38,846 nt of DNA from a virus (IMGVR_UViG_3300016667_000248:1-38846), one strand, 5' to 3'; numbered from the stretch's first letter, positions 1 to 8,311 are shown. Notes: generated by a model from the letters alone, not told the origin. Numbers and translations: made by a program.

Positions 1-18
1 CTCGTCGCGCTCGGCGCG
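1..18. repeat. Terminal direct repeat (left copy), CTCGTCGCGCTCGGCGCG; suggests a circular or circularly permuted complete genome
   Basis: Identical to 38829-38846; joining the ends keeps a minus-strand ORF in frame. A third exact copy lies at 38381-38398. Confidence 0.8.
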
Positions 19-165
19 TAGCGCGTCATGCTCGGCGGTGAGGATCGCGTTCTCCTGCCGCAGACGCTTGATCTCCGCAATCGCCTTGGTGATTCGCTCA
101 CGCGCATACTTGTTCTGCGTGTGATCAAGCCACATTTTCAAGTCAGCCAGGATGTCACGCGCCAT
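1..165 (-). CDS. 5' part of an origin-spanning small coiled-coil protein (MARDILADLKMWLD...LRAERDE, continuing at 38828-38670; 107 aa total)
   Basis: The ATG at 165 overlaps the TGA of the upstream gene (TGATG). The frame is open to position 1 and, after the join, to TGA at 38672-38670, which overlaps the next ATG (ATGA). Confidence 0.7.
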   Translation of the reverse strand, partial: MARDILADLKMWLDHTQNKYARERITKAIAEIKRLRQENAILTAEHDALRAERDE

Positions 166-359
166 CACCAATCCTCCTCCCAAGTGTGGATGCCGTCACG
201 CATGATGCGACCGCCATCACGCGGTTGCCGGAAGTTGACCGGCTCAAAGTAGTCAGCCGGGCCGGGGCCGTACCGGACAAAGGTGTCCGGGCGCGGCATC
301 GGGATCGGCGGCGGTTCGCGGTGTTCGTCGCCGGGGTCATGCTCGTCATTCATCGTCAA
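165..359 (-). CDS. Hypothetical protein, 64 aa
   Basis: ORF track; overlaps both neighbours in a coupled operon. Confidence 0.6.
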   Translation of the reverse strand: MTMNDEHDPGDEHREPPPIPMPRPDTFVRYGPGPADYFEPVNFRQPRDGGRIMRDGIHTWEEDW

Positions 360-654
360 GTCCTTTCAGTTCCCACCCGTGGGTGGTTGCGAGTTGCTGC
401 ATGGATGGGACAAAGTGGTGCGGGGACCGGGCATCCCGGAACAAGCGATGCCATTCCTGCTCCGACTCCAACAACTTGATCCGTACCTCGTCATGCGCCT
501 TGTGCATCCCGTCAATCAGGGAACACAGGATCATGGCTTGCTGCTCCCATTGGAGGCACAGCATGGCGAGGAGGTCGGGATCGTCCTTGTGCTTGAGCCG
601 GAACGCCTGTGCTGCCGAAACGAACGAACGCAGTTCCTCGGTGCAGTCGCTCAT
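346..654 (-). CDS. Hypothetical protein (MSDCTEELR...), 102 aa
   Basis: Start chosen at the ATGA overlap with the upstream stop; AAGGAGG RBS upstream. Confidence 0.7.
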   Translation of the reverse strand: MSDCTEELRSFVSAAQAFRLKHKDDPDLLAMLCLQWEQQAMILCSLIDGMHKAHDEVRIKLLESEQEWHRLFRDARSPHHFVPSMQQLATTHGWELKGLDDE

Positions 655-968
655 GTCGCCTCCTTCAGCCGCCACACGCGGATCAGTCGGCTGTGGTTGG
701 TGACGCGGCTGCTCTTGATGAACTTGCCCGTGAACTCCCACTCCTTGCTCTTGAACACCGCCCCGGCTGCGGGGCCAAGCGCGTCCTCGGGGATCCCGGC
801 CATGACCATCATGGCGTTGACCTGATCCATGTTCACCTCGCCATGCCGATAGGCAAGGCTGACCGCAAGGTCACGGGCATACTGAAGCAGCAGCGGCTTG
901 GCGGCTGCGGCCCGTGCCATCCCTTCCTGCTTGCGGCGTTCCGACTCGGCTGCGTCAAACAGATCCAT
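651..968 (-). CDS. Hypothetical phage protein (MDLFDAAESERRKQEGM...), possible winged-helix C-terminus
   Basis: GGAGG RBS before ATG 968; ends with HSRLIRVWR, resembling small phage DNA-binding proteins. Confidence 0.7.
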   Translation of the reverse strand: MDLFDAAESERRKQEGMARAAAAKPLLLQYARDLAVSLAYRHGEVNMDQVNAMMVMAGIPEDALGPAAGAVFKSKEWEFTGKFIKSSRVTNHSRLIRVWRLKEAT

Positions 969-1152
969 CGTTCTTCCTCCCGGTGTGGCGCGTGACAACG
1001 ACCTCGTCGGTCGCCTCAATCCCGACCCGGATCCTGCCATTGAGGATCCGGGCCGTGACAACGATCTCGCTCGTCGGCGTGTGCAGAACCAAGTGGTCGG
1101 TGAGGTTCCGCAGGGTCAGCACTAGCCGCCGCTTCCGTTCGGTTGCGCTCAT
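955..1152 (-). CDS. csrA: CsrA/RsmA-like translational regulator, 65 aa
   Basis: LVLTLR...EIVVT..I..GRIRVGIEA.DEV.VTR follows the CsrA pattern MLVLTR...I.V.....VRIGIEAP.EV.I.R; ATGA-coupled start at 1152. Confidence 0.7.
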   Translation of the reverse strand: MSATERKRRLVLTLRNLTDHLVLHTPTSEIVVTARILNGRIRVGIEATDEVVVTRHTGRKNDGSV

Positions 1153-1508
1153 GGCTCGTCCCCTTCCGCAATTTCCTCCACGCAGCGGATCGTGTACATC
1201 AGCACGGTCTGCATGAAATCGTTGGTGACCTCGTCCTCGGTGTCGCCGTCCACGAACCGGGTCGATGACTTGAAGATGTGCGCGGTCGGGGACGCGGCCA
1301 CGCGAACGGCGGCGGTCAGTTCCCATCGGCGCACGGTGGATCCCGTGTCGTGGTTGGTGACGATCTGCAACACGGTGGGCATTCCCGCCACCCGGATCTC
1401 AAGCGAGTGCGGGAGGTTCATGCCCTCGGGCAGCTTCTCGAGAAGGCCAGCCGGCCAATCGTCCCTGGGCAGTTCCTCAATGTGCGGTCGTGCGAAGCGC
1501 GTGATCAT
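1149..1508 (-). CDS. Hypothetical protein, 119 aa; first gene of the leftward operon
   Basis: ORF track; AAGGAG RBS upstream. Confidence 0.75.
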   Translation of the reverse strand: MITRFARPHIEELPRDDWPAGLLEKLPEGMNLPHSLEIRVAGMPTVLQIVTNHDTGSTVRRWELTAAVRVAASPTAHIFKSSTRFVDGDTEDEVTNDFMQTVLMYTIRCVEEIAEGDEP

Positions 1509-1644
1509 CCTGGCTCCTTGCGAAAGTGCCGCCTTCCGGGCAGCGCGGCGGGATCAAAGTACCCCGTGCCAAAAAGATACCCTGTGTCCATGTAACCCGC
1601 TAGGGGGTAGGGCAAGATTGCTTGGATTTTTTTCGTCCCGGTCG

Positions 1645-1672
1645 TTGCGTTTGTGCCGCCATTGTGTATGAT
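1645..1672 (+). promoter_or_regulatory. Putative sigma70-type promoter TTGCGT-N16-TATGAT; predicted +1 near 1679
   Basis: -35 and -10 hexamers seen directly; T-tract upstream at 1627-1633. Confidence 0.6.
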
Positions 1673-1678
1673 CGTCGT

Positions 1679-2215
1679 GCCTCACTAGAGGCCGGGTGGC
1701 CTTGGTCACCCGACATAAACCCCCGGAAGCGCGGCGCGTTGACTTCACAGTCCGCGCCGCGTTTGTTTACGGGACAGCACGGCGAGGAAGCATCTGCTTC
1801 ACCCGGCTCCACAATCTGAAGATCGCCCGTGGAAAAAAGCATCGGCCCCGCGTGGTGGTACGCGAGGCCGATACAGTCCTGCCGCCCTGCACCTTCAGCT
1901 CCGACAGCGAGGCGCAGGGCAATCGTCGCAGCGGTCGCAGCCTACCGCATACCGGGTGAGTCATGGGGTCAGTCCCCCAAGGCAGCAGTCGTACCCTGGC
2001 GGCATCGTGTCCGGGGTGGGCGTGGGCATCCCCCACGACGAGGCGCACCCTGACCCTAGTGCGCCCCAAGTTCATTGCCGGAAATCCGGCAACGCGCTTG
2101 CGCTCTTGTGCAGCAGAGGCGGCTCCCCGGCGAAATGGTGAAAGCTGCACCGTGTGACCACCTCGCCCGGCTCCGTCTGGCCGATTTGCACGCACCCCCG
2201 CGAACAGCGGGGTCA
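1679..2215 (+). ncRNA. Candidate large structured non-coding RNA, or structured origin region
   Basis: No convincing CDS; more than 10 consecutive stem-loops and a long-range 8-bp pairing (1799-1806 with 1952-1959), starting at the predicted +1. Confidence 0.4.
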
Positions 2216-2304
2216 TGCTCTCCCTGCCCCCACCATCCAACCGAAGGCCATGCAATTCGGAATTCTATGCAAAGAATACGCCTGTGCATACATACCCTAC
2301 GCGC

Positions 2305-2589
2305 ATGGCAAAGAAGTCCAAGGTCACAGACATCGTTGATCCGGTCGAATGGAAGTCAGCCGTCCAGGCTCGGCTGAACGATCACGGCATCAGCCGGTAC
2401 GCATTCATCCGCAAGTGCGAAAGCATGGGCATCTGCACCGTACACACGGGCGAGTGCCTGCTTGCCGACAACGACACGCACACGGGCCGGCGCGTCCCGT
2501 CCTTTCAAACTGCGATCAACATCGCTCGAGCTGCGGGTTTCGATGTCGTGCTAGTTCCCACCAACCGCGCTCCCGGCACACTTCCCTGA
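2305..2589 (+). CDS. XRE/Cro-like HTH transcriptional regulator, 94 aa
   Basis: GISRYAF...PSFQTAINIARAAGFDVVL resembles the HTH_3 terminal helices; start chosen 6 nt after TACATACCCT. Confidence 0.6.
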   Translation: MAKKSKVTDIVDPVEWKSAVQARLNDHGISRYAFIRKCESMGICTVHTGECLLADNDTHTGRRVPSFQTAINIARAAGFDVVLVPTNRAPGTLP

Positions 2590-2606
2590 ACAGTCTTGAC
2601 CGTTCC

Positions 2607-3935
2607 ATGTCGAATGGCCTCCGATACCTGTCCGTGTGTTCCGGCATTGAAGCCGCGACTGCCGCGTGGCATGACCTTGGTTGGATCCCGGTGGGATTCA
2701 GCGAGATCGAACCGTTCCCGTGCGCCGTGCTGAAGCACCGCTATCCCCATGTACCCAACTACGGAGACATGACCAAGCATGAGCAATGGCCCATCGAACC
2801 CGGATCAGTTGACATTTTGGTGGGCGGATGCCCCTGCCAAGCATTCTCCATCGCAGGACTCCGGGGCGGAATCTCCGACCCACGCGGAGGACTCACCCTT
2901 ACCTTTCTTGAAATCGCTCGGCGCATTCGCCCCCGATGGATCCTGTACGAAAATGTCCCCGGCATCCTTACGGTTGACAACGGAGAGGCGTTTGGCAGTC
3001 TGCTCGGGGGGCTTCAGGAACTCGGGTTTTCGTGGGCATACAGAGTCCTGGACGCTCAATATTGCAGAACACACGGAGGAAGGTTTGACCGCGCCGTCCC
3101 GCAACGCCGCCGGCGGGTGTTCGTCGTTGGTTACCTTGAGCGAGATCCTCGAGACAGAACCCGTCCCGCCCAGGTTCTCTTTGAGCGGCAAAGCTTGCAG
3201 CGGGATTCTCGCCCGAAGCCAACGCCGGGGACGGGAACTGCCCCCGATGCTCAAGCAAGCGTTGGAACAGGCGTGTGGTGGGACGGCAGCAACTGCGCCG
3301 GAACCCTGACCAAGCAGAACGCCGGGGGTGGTCAGCGCATGCCCGACAAAGACAACTTTGGCGCGGTGCTGCAACCCCTTGGATACCGATGGCAGAACAA
3401 CCGGGACGGCTTGCAATTTGACACGGCAACCGCAGCCCTGCGCTCGTCCACGGGCAGCAGCGGGTTCCACGAAATGAATCACCCGGTCATCGTGCAATCT
3501 GAAACGGCGTTGGTAAATATGCAAGGCAGCAAGTCAAACGCTTGTGTTGCCACGGACGGAACCGCGTTCACGCTCAACGCCATGCACGGCCACGATGTCC
3601 ACGCGGTCGCGTTCAATTGGCAAAACGGCGGGGGATACGGAAACGCCAATGACGGCCTTGGCATCACGGTCGAAGGCACGGGGCCGCTGCAAAGCTGCAA
3701 CCGCCCGGCAGTCGCCACCCCCATGATCGTCCGCAGGCTGACACCTCGAGAAGCGGAACGCCTGATGGGGTTCCCCGATGACTTCACCCTCATCCCGTGG
3801 CGCGGCAAGCCGGCAGCGCAATGCCCGGATGGCCCACGCTACAAGGCTCTTGGCAACAGCATGGCCGTCAATTGCATGGCTTGGCTTGGGCAGCGCATTG
3901 CCAAGGTCGATGCCGAAATAGCCAGTTCAACCTAG
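2607..3935 (+). CDS. dcm: DNA (cytosine-5)-methyltransferase, 442 aa
   Basis: Motif I SVCSGIEA, IV GGCPCQ, VI YENVPG, VIII QRRRRVF, IX RRLTPREAERLMGFPD, X YKALGNSM. Confidence 0.95.
   Translation: MSNGLRYLSVCSGIEAATAAWHDLGWIPVGFSEIEPFPCAVLKHRYPHVPNYGDMTKHEQWPIEPGSVDILVGGCPCQAFSIAGLRGGISDPRGGLTLTFLEIARRIRPRWILYENVPGILTVDNGEAFGSLLGGLQELGFSWAYRVLDAQYCRTHGGRFDRAVPQRRRRVFVVGYLERDPRDRTRPAQVLFERQSLQRDSRPKPTPGTGTAPDAQASVGTGVWWDGSNCAGTLTKQNAGGGQRMPDKDNFGAVLQPLGYRWQNNRDGLQFDTATAALRSSTGSSGFHEMNHPVIVQSETALVNMQGSKSNACVATDGTAFTLNAMHGHDVHAVAFNWQNGGGYGNANDGLGITVEGTGPLQSCNRPAVATPMIVRRLTPREAERLMGFPDDFTLIPWRGKPAAQCPDGPRYKALGNSMAVNCMAWLGQRIAKVDAEIASST
2779..3309 (+). CDS. Nested alternative-frame ORF in the methyltransferase (M.EcoHK31I-beta-like arrangement), 176 aa
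   Basis: Open +1 frame containing LSEILETEPVPPRFSLSGKACSGILARSQRRGRELP, a segment I recall from MTase-associated proteins. Confidence 0.5.
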   Translation: MSNGPSNPDQLTFWWADAPAKHSPSQDSGAESPTHAEDSPLPFLKSLGAFAPDGSCTKMSPASLRLTTERRLAVCSGGFRNSGFRGHTESWTLNIAEHTEEGLTAPSRNAAGGCSSLVTLSEILETEPVPPRFSLSGKACSGILARSQRRGRELPPMLKQALEQACGGTAATAPEP

Positions 3936-3960
3936 ACACACCTAACCCCGTACATACCCT
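3933..3960 (+). promoter_or_regulatory. Putative leaderless promoter TAGACA-N16-TACCCT-N6-ATG for terS
   Basis: Hexamer spacing; TACATACCCT-N6-ATG is repeated at 2289-2307. Confidence 0.5.
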
Positions 3961-3966
3961 GCAACT

Positions 3967-4398
3967 ATGAGCAAAGCAAAGCGACCACGCGGTGGGCAAC
4001 TGACCTACACCCAGGCTGTAGCCGACGAGATTTGCGCCGCCCTCGCGGCAGGCATGAGTCTGCGAAAGGTTTGCCAAAAGCCCGGAATGCCGCCCGAATC
4101 TACGGTCAGAGGATGGGTGATTGATGATGTACAGGGATTCGCCGCGCAGTACGCACGGGCGCGTCAGCTCCTGGCAGAGCGGTGGGCAGACGAAGTGCTA
4201 GACTTGGCCGACCTCCCGCCGGCCACGCTGCCCGATGGGCGCATCGACACCGGGGCGGTGAACCATCAGCGGCTCATGGTGGACAGCCGGAAGTGGCTGC
4301 TGTCCAAGGTTCTGCCCAAGGTGTACGGCGACAAGGTGGCTGTTGACCACGGCGGCGGCATGAACCTCACCGTGGTCACGGGTGTTCCGCGCCAATGA
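3967..4398 (+). CDS. terS: Terminase small subunit (Sf6/P22-like)
   Basis: YT..VADEIC..LA.G.SLRKVC...PGMP..STV..W...F..QYARAR and RL.VDSRKW.LSK..PK.YGDK; immediately upstream of terL. Confidence 0.9.
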   Translation: MSKAKRPRGGQLTYTQAVADEICAALAAGMSLRKVCQKPGMPPESTVRGWVIDDVQGFAAQYARARQLLAERWADEVLDLADLPPATLPDGRIDTGAVNHQRLMVDSRKWLLSKVLPKVYGDKVAVDHGGGMNLTVVTGVPRQ

Positions 4399-5720
4399 TC
4401 CTCCTGGACTACAAGCCCAGGCCGTGGCAGAAGGAATGCCATTTGGCAAGGCAGCGGTTCAGCGTCCTGGCTCTGCATCGCCGGGCTGGCAAGACGGAAC
4501 TTGCCATCATGGAGCTGCTTGACTGTGCGCTGCGGCACACCGGAAACCTCGGGTTCTTTGTGTACATCGCGCCGTTTCTCAAGCAGGGCAAGCAGATTGC
4601 CTGGGCGCGGCTCAAGCAGAAACTCAATCCCCTGCGCGGTACGCCGGCTGCGGAGATCAACGAGTCGGAACTGACCGTGACCTTTGCCCACAACGGGGCG
4701 ACCATCCGCATCTTTGGCGGCGACAACCCGGACGCGCTGCGCGGCGTGGGCTTGGACGGTTGTGTGCTAGACGAGGTCGCGCAGATCAAGCCGGAAGTTT
4801 GGACGGACATCGTGCAGCCGGCCCTGTCCGACCGCAAGGGATGGGCCATGTTCATCGGCACACCCGCCGGGATCAACCTGTTCAGCGAGTTGTTTTACAA
4901 GGCCGCGACCAACGAAAGGCCGGATTGGTGGGGGGCCAGGTACACGGTCTACGACACGGACGCGCTTGACCACGCGGAAGTGGAACGCCTCAAGGCGGAT
5001 ATGCCGGAAGGCGCGTTTGCCCGTGAATACCTGTGCGATTTCAGCGCAGCCGGGGACGATCAGCTCATTGGCCTGACCGATGTTCAGGTGGCAGCTTCCC
5101 GCGTGTACACGGAGAAGGACACCCTGGACATGCCCAAGGTGTTGGGCGTAGACCCTGCCCGGTTCGGTGATGACCGAAGCGTCATCATCCGCCGGCAGGG
5201 GTTGCAAGCCTTTGACCCGTATGTGTTCCGTGGCTTGGACAACATGGAACTCGCGGCCAGGATCGCCAGGGTCATTGACGATTGGGATCCTGACGCGGTG
5301 TTCGTGGATGCCGGGGCCGGGGCCGGGGTCATCGACCGGCTGCGCCAATTGGACTACGACATTCTCGAGGTCGCGTTTGGCGGCAAGCCGGCCAACCCTG
5401 GGCTGTTCGTCAACAAGCGCACGGAGATGTGGTGGCTCATGCGTGAATGGGTTCAGCAGGGCGGGGCCATCCCCAACGACCAAGCCCTGAAACTTGAGCT
5501 GTCCACGCCGATCTACTGGTACGACATGAACGGGCGGCGCGTCCTTGAATCCAAGGACGAAATCAAGAAGCGGCTGCAAGGCGGCGCGTCCCCGGACATT
5601 GCCGATGCCCTGGCTTTGACCTTTGCCATGCCAATTGGCAAGCGGATGCCACGCGAAATTCGGCAACTCATCAAGCCGCAGCGGGACGAGTACAACCCTT
5701 ACGCAAGGATGAACGCATGA
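4395..5720 (+). CDS. terL: Terminase large subunit
   Basis: Walker A HRRAGKT, Walker B CVLDE, GTP coupling motif, nuclease motifs GVDPARFGDD and SPDIADAL. Confidence 0.95.
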   Translation: MILLDYKPRPWQKECHLARQRFSVLALHRRAGKTELAIMELLDCALRHTGNLGFFVYIAPFLKQGKQIAWARLKQKLNPLRGTPAAEINESELTVTFAHNGATIRIFGGDNPDALRGVGLDGCVLDEVAQIKPEVWTDIVQPALSDRKGWAMFIGTPAGINLFSELFYKAATNERPDWWGARYTVYDTDALDHAEVERLKADMPEGAFAREYLCDFSAAGDDQLIGLTDVQVAASRVYTEKDTLDMPKVLGVDPARFGDDRSVIIRRQGLQAFDPYVFRGLDNMELAARIARVIDDWDPDAVFVDAGAGAGVIDRLRQLDYDILEVAFGGKPANPGLFVNKRTEMWWLMREWVQQGGAIPNDQALKLELSTPIYWYDMNGRRVLESKDEIKKRLQGGASPDIADALALTFAMPIGKRMPREIRQLIKPQRDEYNPYARMNA

Positions 5721-6172
5721 TTGTTCGCCGCGCCTCCATGCTTGACATGGAAGCCCTGATCAGGATGGGTACGCAATTCTTGGCCTATGCACCACAGGGT
5801 AAGCATTTTGCGATCAACGAAAGCGAAATGGTGGCATCGTGGACGCGGCTGCTGTCCTCGCCTCAAGTGGTGGTGTTTGTTGGCGACCGTGATGGAACTG
5901 CTTGCGCGATGCTCGTCGGGGTAGTCGGGTCCATGTGGTTTGCGCCATCCGTCCTAATGGCTAGCGAATTGGCATGGTGGGTGGAGCCGGAAGTGCGTGG
6001 GTCACCGATTGCAATTCGGCTAATCCGCGCATACGAACAATGGGCAACGGAGAGCGGTGCAAGTTTCATTGCGATGGCATCGCTTTCATTGGACAGCGGC
6101 CCCGATGTTGGTAGGCTTTTGAAGAAGCTTGGATATACCCAAGCGGAAACAACGCATATCAAGGAGCAATGA
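5717..6172 (+). CDS. GNAT-family acetyltransferase
   Basis: IVRRA..D start, WWVEPEVRG acetyl-CoA motif, LLKKLGY end. Confidence 0.8.
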   Translation: MIVRRASMLDMEALIRMGTQFLAYAPQGKHFAINESEMVASWTRLLSSPQVVVFVGDRDGTACAMLVGVVGSMWFAPSVLMASELAWWVEPEVRGSPIAIRLIRAYEQWATESGASFIAMASLSLDSGPDVGRLLKKLGYTQAETTHIKEQ

Positions 6173-6173
6173 A

Positions 6174-6587
6174 ATGATTTTCTCCGCAATTGGTGGTCTG
6201 ATTCTTGGTGCTGCGGGTGCGGCTTCCGCCGGTGCTGCGGCAACTGCTGCCGTTGGTGCGCTGGCCGTGAGTGCCGCCGCCGGCGCGGGAACCGCGATTG
6301 CCGGCGCGGTCCAGGGCGCAGAGCAGAACAAGATGCAGAAGCAGGCGATGAATCAGCAGGCGCAGGCGCAGAAGGAGGCGTTGGCGCAGGCAGAGAATCA
6401 GCAGAAGCTTGCACAGCAGGAGTCGGCGCGTGTCAACCGCAAGTCTCCTGACCTTGGCAGCATCTTTGGCGAGATCGAACGCGGCCAGGCTGGCGGTGGC
6501 CCCGGATCCGCGACGATGCTGACCGGGCCTACGGGCGTTCAGCCAGGCGGTCTGCCCCTTGGACGCGCAACGCTGCTCGGCGGCTAA
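6174..6587 (+). CDS. Ala/Gly/Gln-rich virion-associated protein upstream of the portal
   Basis: AAGGAG RBS; C-terminal TMLTGP.GV...LG..TLLG typical of the pre-portal gene in BPP-1-like podoviruses. Confidence 0.7.
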   Translation: MIFSAIGGLILGAAGAASAGAAATAAVGALAVSAAAGAGTAIAGAVQGAEQNKMQKQAMNQQAQAQKEALAQAENQQKLAQQESARVNRKSPDLGSIFGEIERGQAGGGPGSATMLTGPTGVQPGGLPLGRATLLGG

Positions 6588-6590
6588 TCA

Positions 6591-8309
6591 ATGAGCCAAT
6601 ACACCGGAGATGGCGGCAGTTACCCGAATGCTCCCACGCGGGACAAGTTGTTCACGCGATGGGGTCAGCTCAAGTCGGAACGCGCCACTTGGTGGGCGCA
6701 TTGGCAGGAACTGACCTCGTACATCCTGCCGCGCAATGGCCGCTATTTCCGGCAGGACCGCGACAAGGGATGGCGGCGACACAACGCCATCTACGACAAC
6801 ACGGGAACCCGTGCGCTGCGAACGCTCGGCGCAGGAATGATGGCCGGCGCGACTAGCCCGGCACGGCAATGGTTCCGCCTGGCGACGAACGATGTCGAGC
6901 TGAACAAGCATCAGCCCGTCAAGATGTGGCTTGACGATGTGACCAAGCGGATGCTGTTGGTGTTTCAGAAGTCGAACACCTACCGTTCGCTGCACCAGAT
7001 GTACGAGGAACTCGGGTGCTTTGGAACGGCAGCGTCAATCGTGCTGCCCGACCCGCGCCACATCATCCATCAGTACACGCTGACCACGGGCGAATACTGC
7101 ATCGCGTCCGACTATCAGGGCCGCGTCTGCACCCTGTACCGCGAGTTTGAAAAGACCGTGCATGAACTTGTCAAGGAGTTCGGCTACGAGAACTGTTCGC
7201 ACACGGTGCAGTCCATGTACGACCGTGGCAACCTGGATCATTGGATCCCGATTGTCCACGCAATCGAACCTCGAGCAGACCGCGACATCCGCAAGCGCGA
7301 TGCCAAGAACATGCCTTGGGGATCGTGGTATTTCGAGGTCGGCGGCGAACAGGGCAAGTTCCTGCGCGAGTCCGGGTATCAGCAGTTCCCTGCCGTGGCT
7401 CCGCGTTGGGCGGTGGCCGGCGGCGACATCTACGGCAACAGCCCTGGCATGGAGGCTCTTGGCGACATCAAGCAGCTTCAGCATGAGCAGCTTCGCAAGG
7501 CACAGGTCATCGACTACCAGACCAAGCCTCCGCTTCAGATGCCGGCAAGCCTGAAGAACCGCGATGTTGACACGCTGCCAGGCGGCGTGTCGTTCCTTGC
7601 CAATCCGACTGAAGCGATTCGCACGGCGTTCGATGTCAACCTGAACCTTCAGCATCTGCTGTTCGACATTCAGGATTGCCGGGAACGGGTGCGTGGCGCG
7701 TTCTACGCCGACCTGTTCCTGATGCTTGCCAATGCGACCGACACGCGCATGACGGCCACGGAGGTTGCGGAACGGCATGAGGAGAAGCTGCTGATGCTCG
7801 GCCCCGTGGTGGAGCGTCTGCACAACGAACTGCTCGAGCCGCTTGTGGACATCACCTTCACCCGGATGCTCGAGGCCGGCGTACTTCCCCCGCCGCCGGA
7901 AGAATTGCAGGGCATGGAGCTGACGATTGAGTTCGTGTCCATGCTTGCCCAGGCGCAGAGGGCCATCGGCACGAACGCGGTGGATCGGTTCATCGGCAAC
8001 CTTGGCGTGGTCGCCCAGGCCAAGCCGGATGTCCTGGACAAGTTCGATGCCGACCAATGGGTGGACATCTACAGCGACATGCTCGGCGTGGATCCAAGCA
8101 TCATCGTCGCGGACAAGCAAGTCGCCGTTGTGCGCGAGGCGCGGAACAAGGCGATGGCTGCAAAGGAACAGTCGGCTGTCATGGAGCAGCAGTCCAAGAC
8201 GGTTCGCAATTTGGCACAGTCACCGACCGGGCCGGGTCAGCAGAACGCCATGTCGGATGTGATGAACATGTTCTCTGGTTACAACTCGCCTTCTTCCGTT
8301 GAGGTCTGA
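6591..8309 (+). CDS. Portal / head-tail connector protein (T7 gp8 / BPP-1 Bbp21-like)
   Basis: LAGMM.G.TSPARQWFRL-like region, PRW....GDIYG.SPG, MTATEV.ER.EEK...LGPV.ERL; 572 aa. Confidence 0.93.
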   Translation: MSQYTGDGGSYPNAPTRDKLFTRWGQLKSERATWWAHWQELTSYILPRNGRYFRQDRDKGWRRHNAIYDNTGTRALRTLGAGMMAGATSPARQWFRLATNDVELNKHQPVKMWLDDVTKRMLLVFQKSNTYRSLHQMYEELGCFGTAASIVLPDPRHIIHQYTLTTGEYCIASDYQGRVCTLYREFEKTVHELVKEFGYENCSHTVQSMYDRGNLDHWIPIVHAIEPRADRDIRKRDAKNMPWGSWYFEVGGEQGKFLRESGYQQFPAVAPRWAVAGGDIYGNSPGMEALGDIKQLQHEQLRKAQVIDYQTKPPLQMPASLKNRDVDTLPGGVSFLANPTEAIRTAFDVNLNLQHLLFDIQDCRERVRGAFYADLFLMLANATDTRMTATEVAERHEEKLLMLGPVVERLHNELLEPLVDITFTRMLEAGVLPPPPEELQGMELTIEFVSMLAQAQRAIGTNAVDRFIGNLGVVAQAKPDVLDKFDADQWVDIYSDMLGVDPSIIVADKQVAVVREARNKAMAAKEQSAVMEQQSKTVRNLAQSPTGPGQQNAMSDVMNMFSGYNSPSSVEV

Positions 8310-8311
8310 CC

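Noticed and set aside
1-18. 18-bp repeat as an attL/attR prophage core
   Set aside because: No integrase or host flanks; the repeat is inside a coding sequence and has an internal paralogous copy, so circular overlap or a repeat-induced break is more likely.
1575-1620. Leftward promoter for the 1508 operon
   Set aside because: A promoter is expected and TTGCCC plus a CCTAC half-site is present, but I could not find a convincingly spaced -10.
1679-2290. CsrB/RsmZ-like sponge RNA, tRNA, tmRNA or group II intron
   Set aside because: Only a handful of GGA motifs, mostly not in repeated loops; no cloverleaf/T-loop or domain V signature recognised.
1554-2377. ORF-track ORFs in the intergenic region (e.g. 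1767-2255 minus, 1696-1959 plus, 2075-2377 plus)
   Set aside because: Arg/Pro/Gly-rich shadow-like composition, no RBS or coupling, no recognisable motifs.
2349-2606. N-terminal extension of the MTase in the ORF track (528 aa)
   Set aside because: Overlaps the HTH gene; motif I begins right after ATG 2607.
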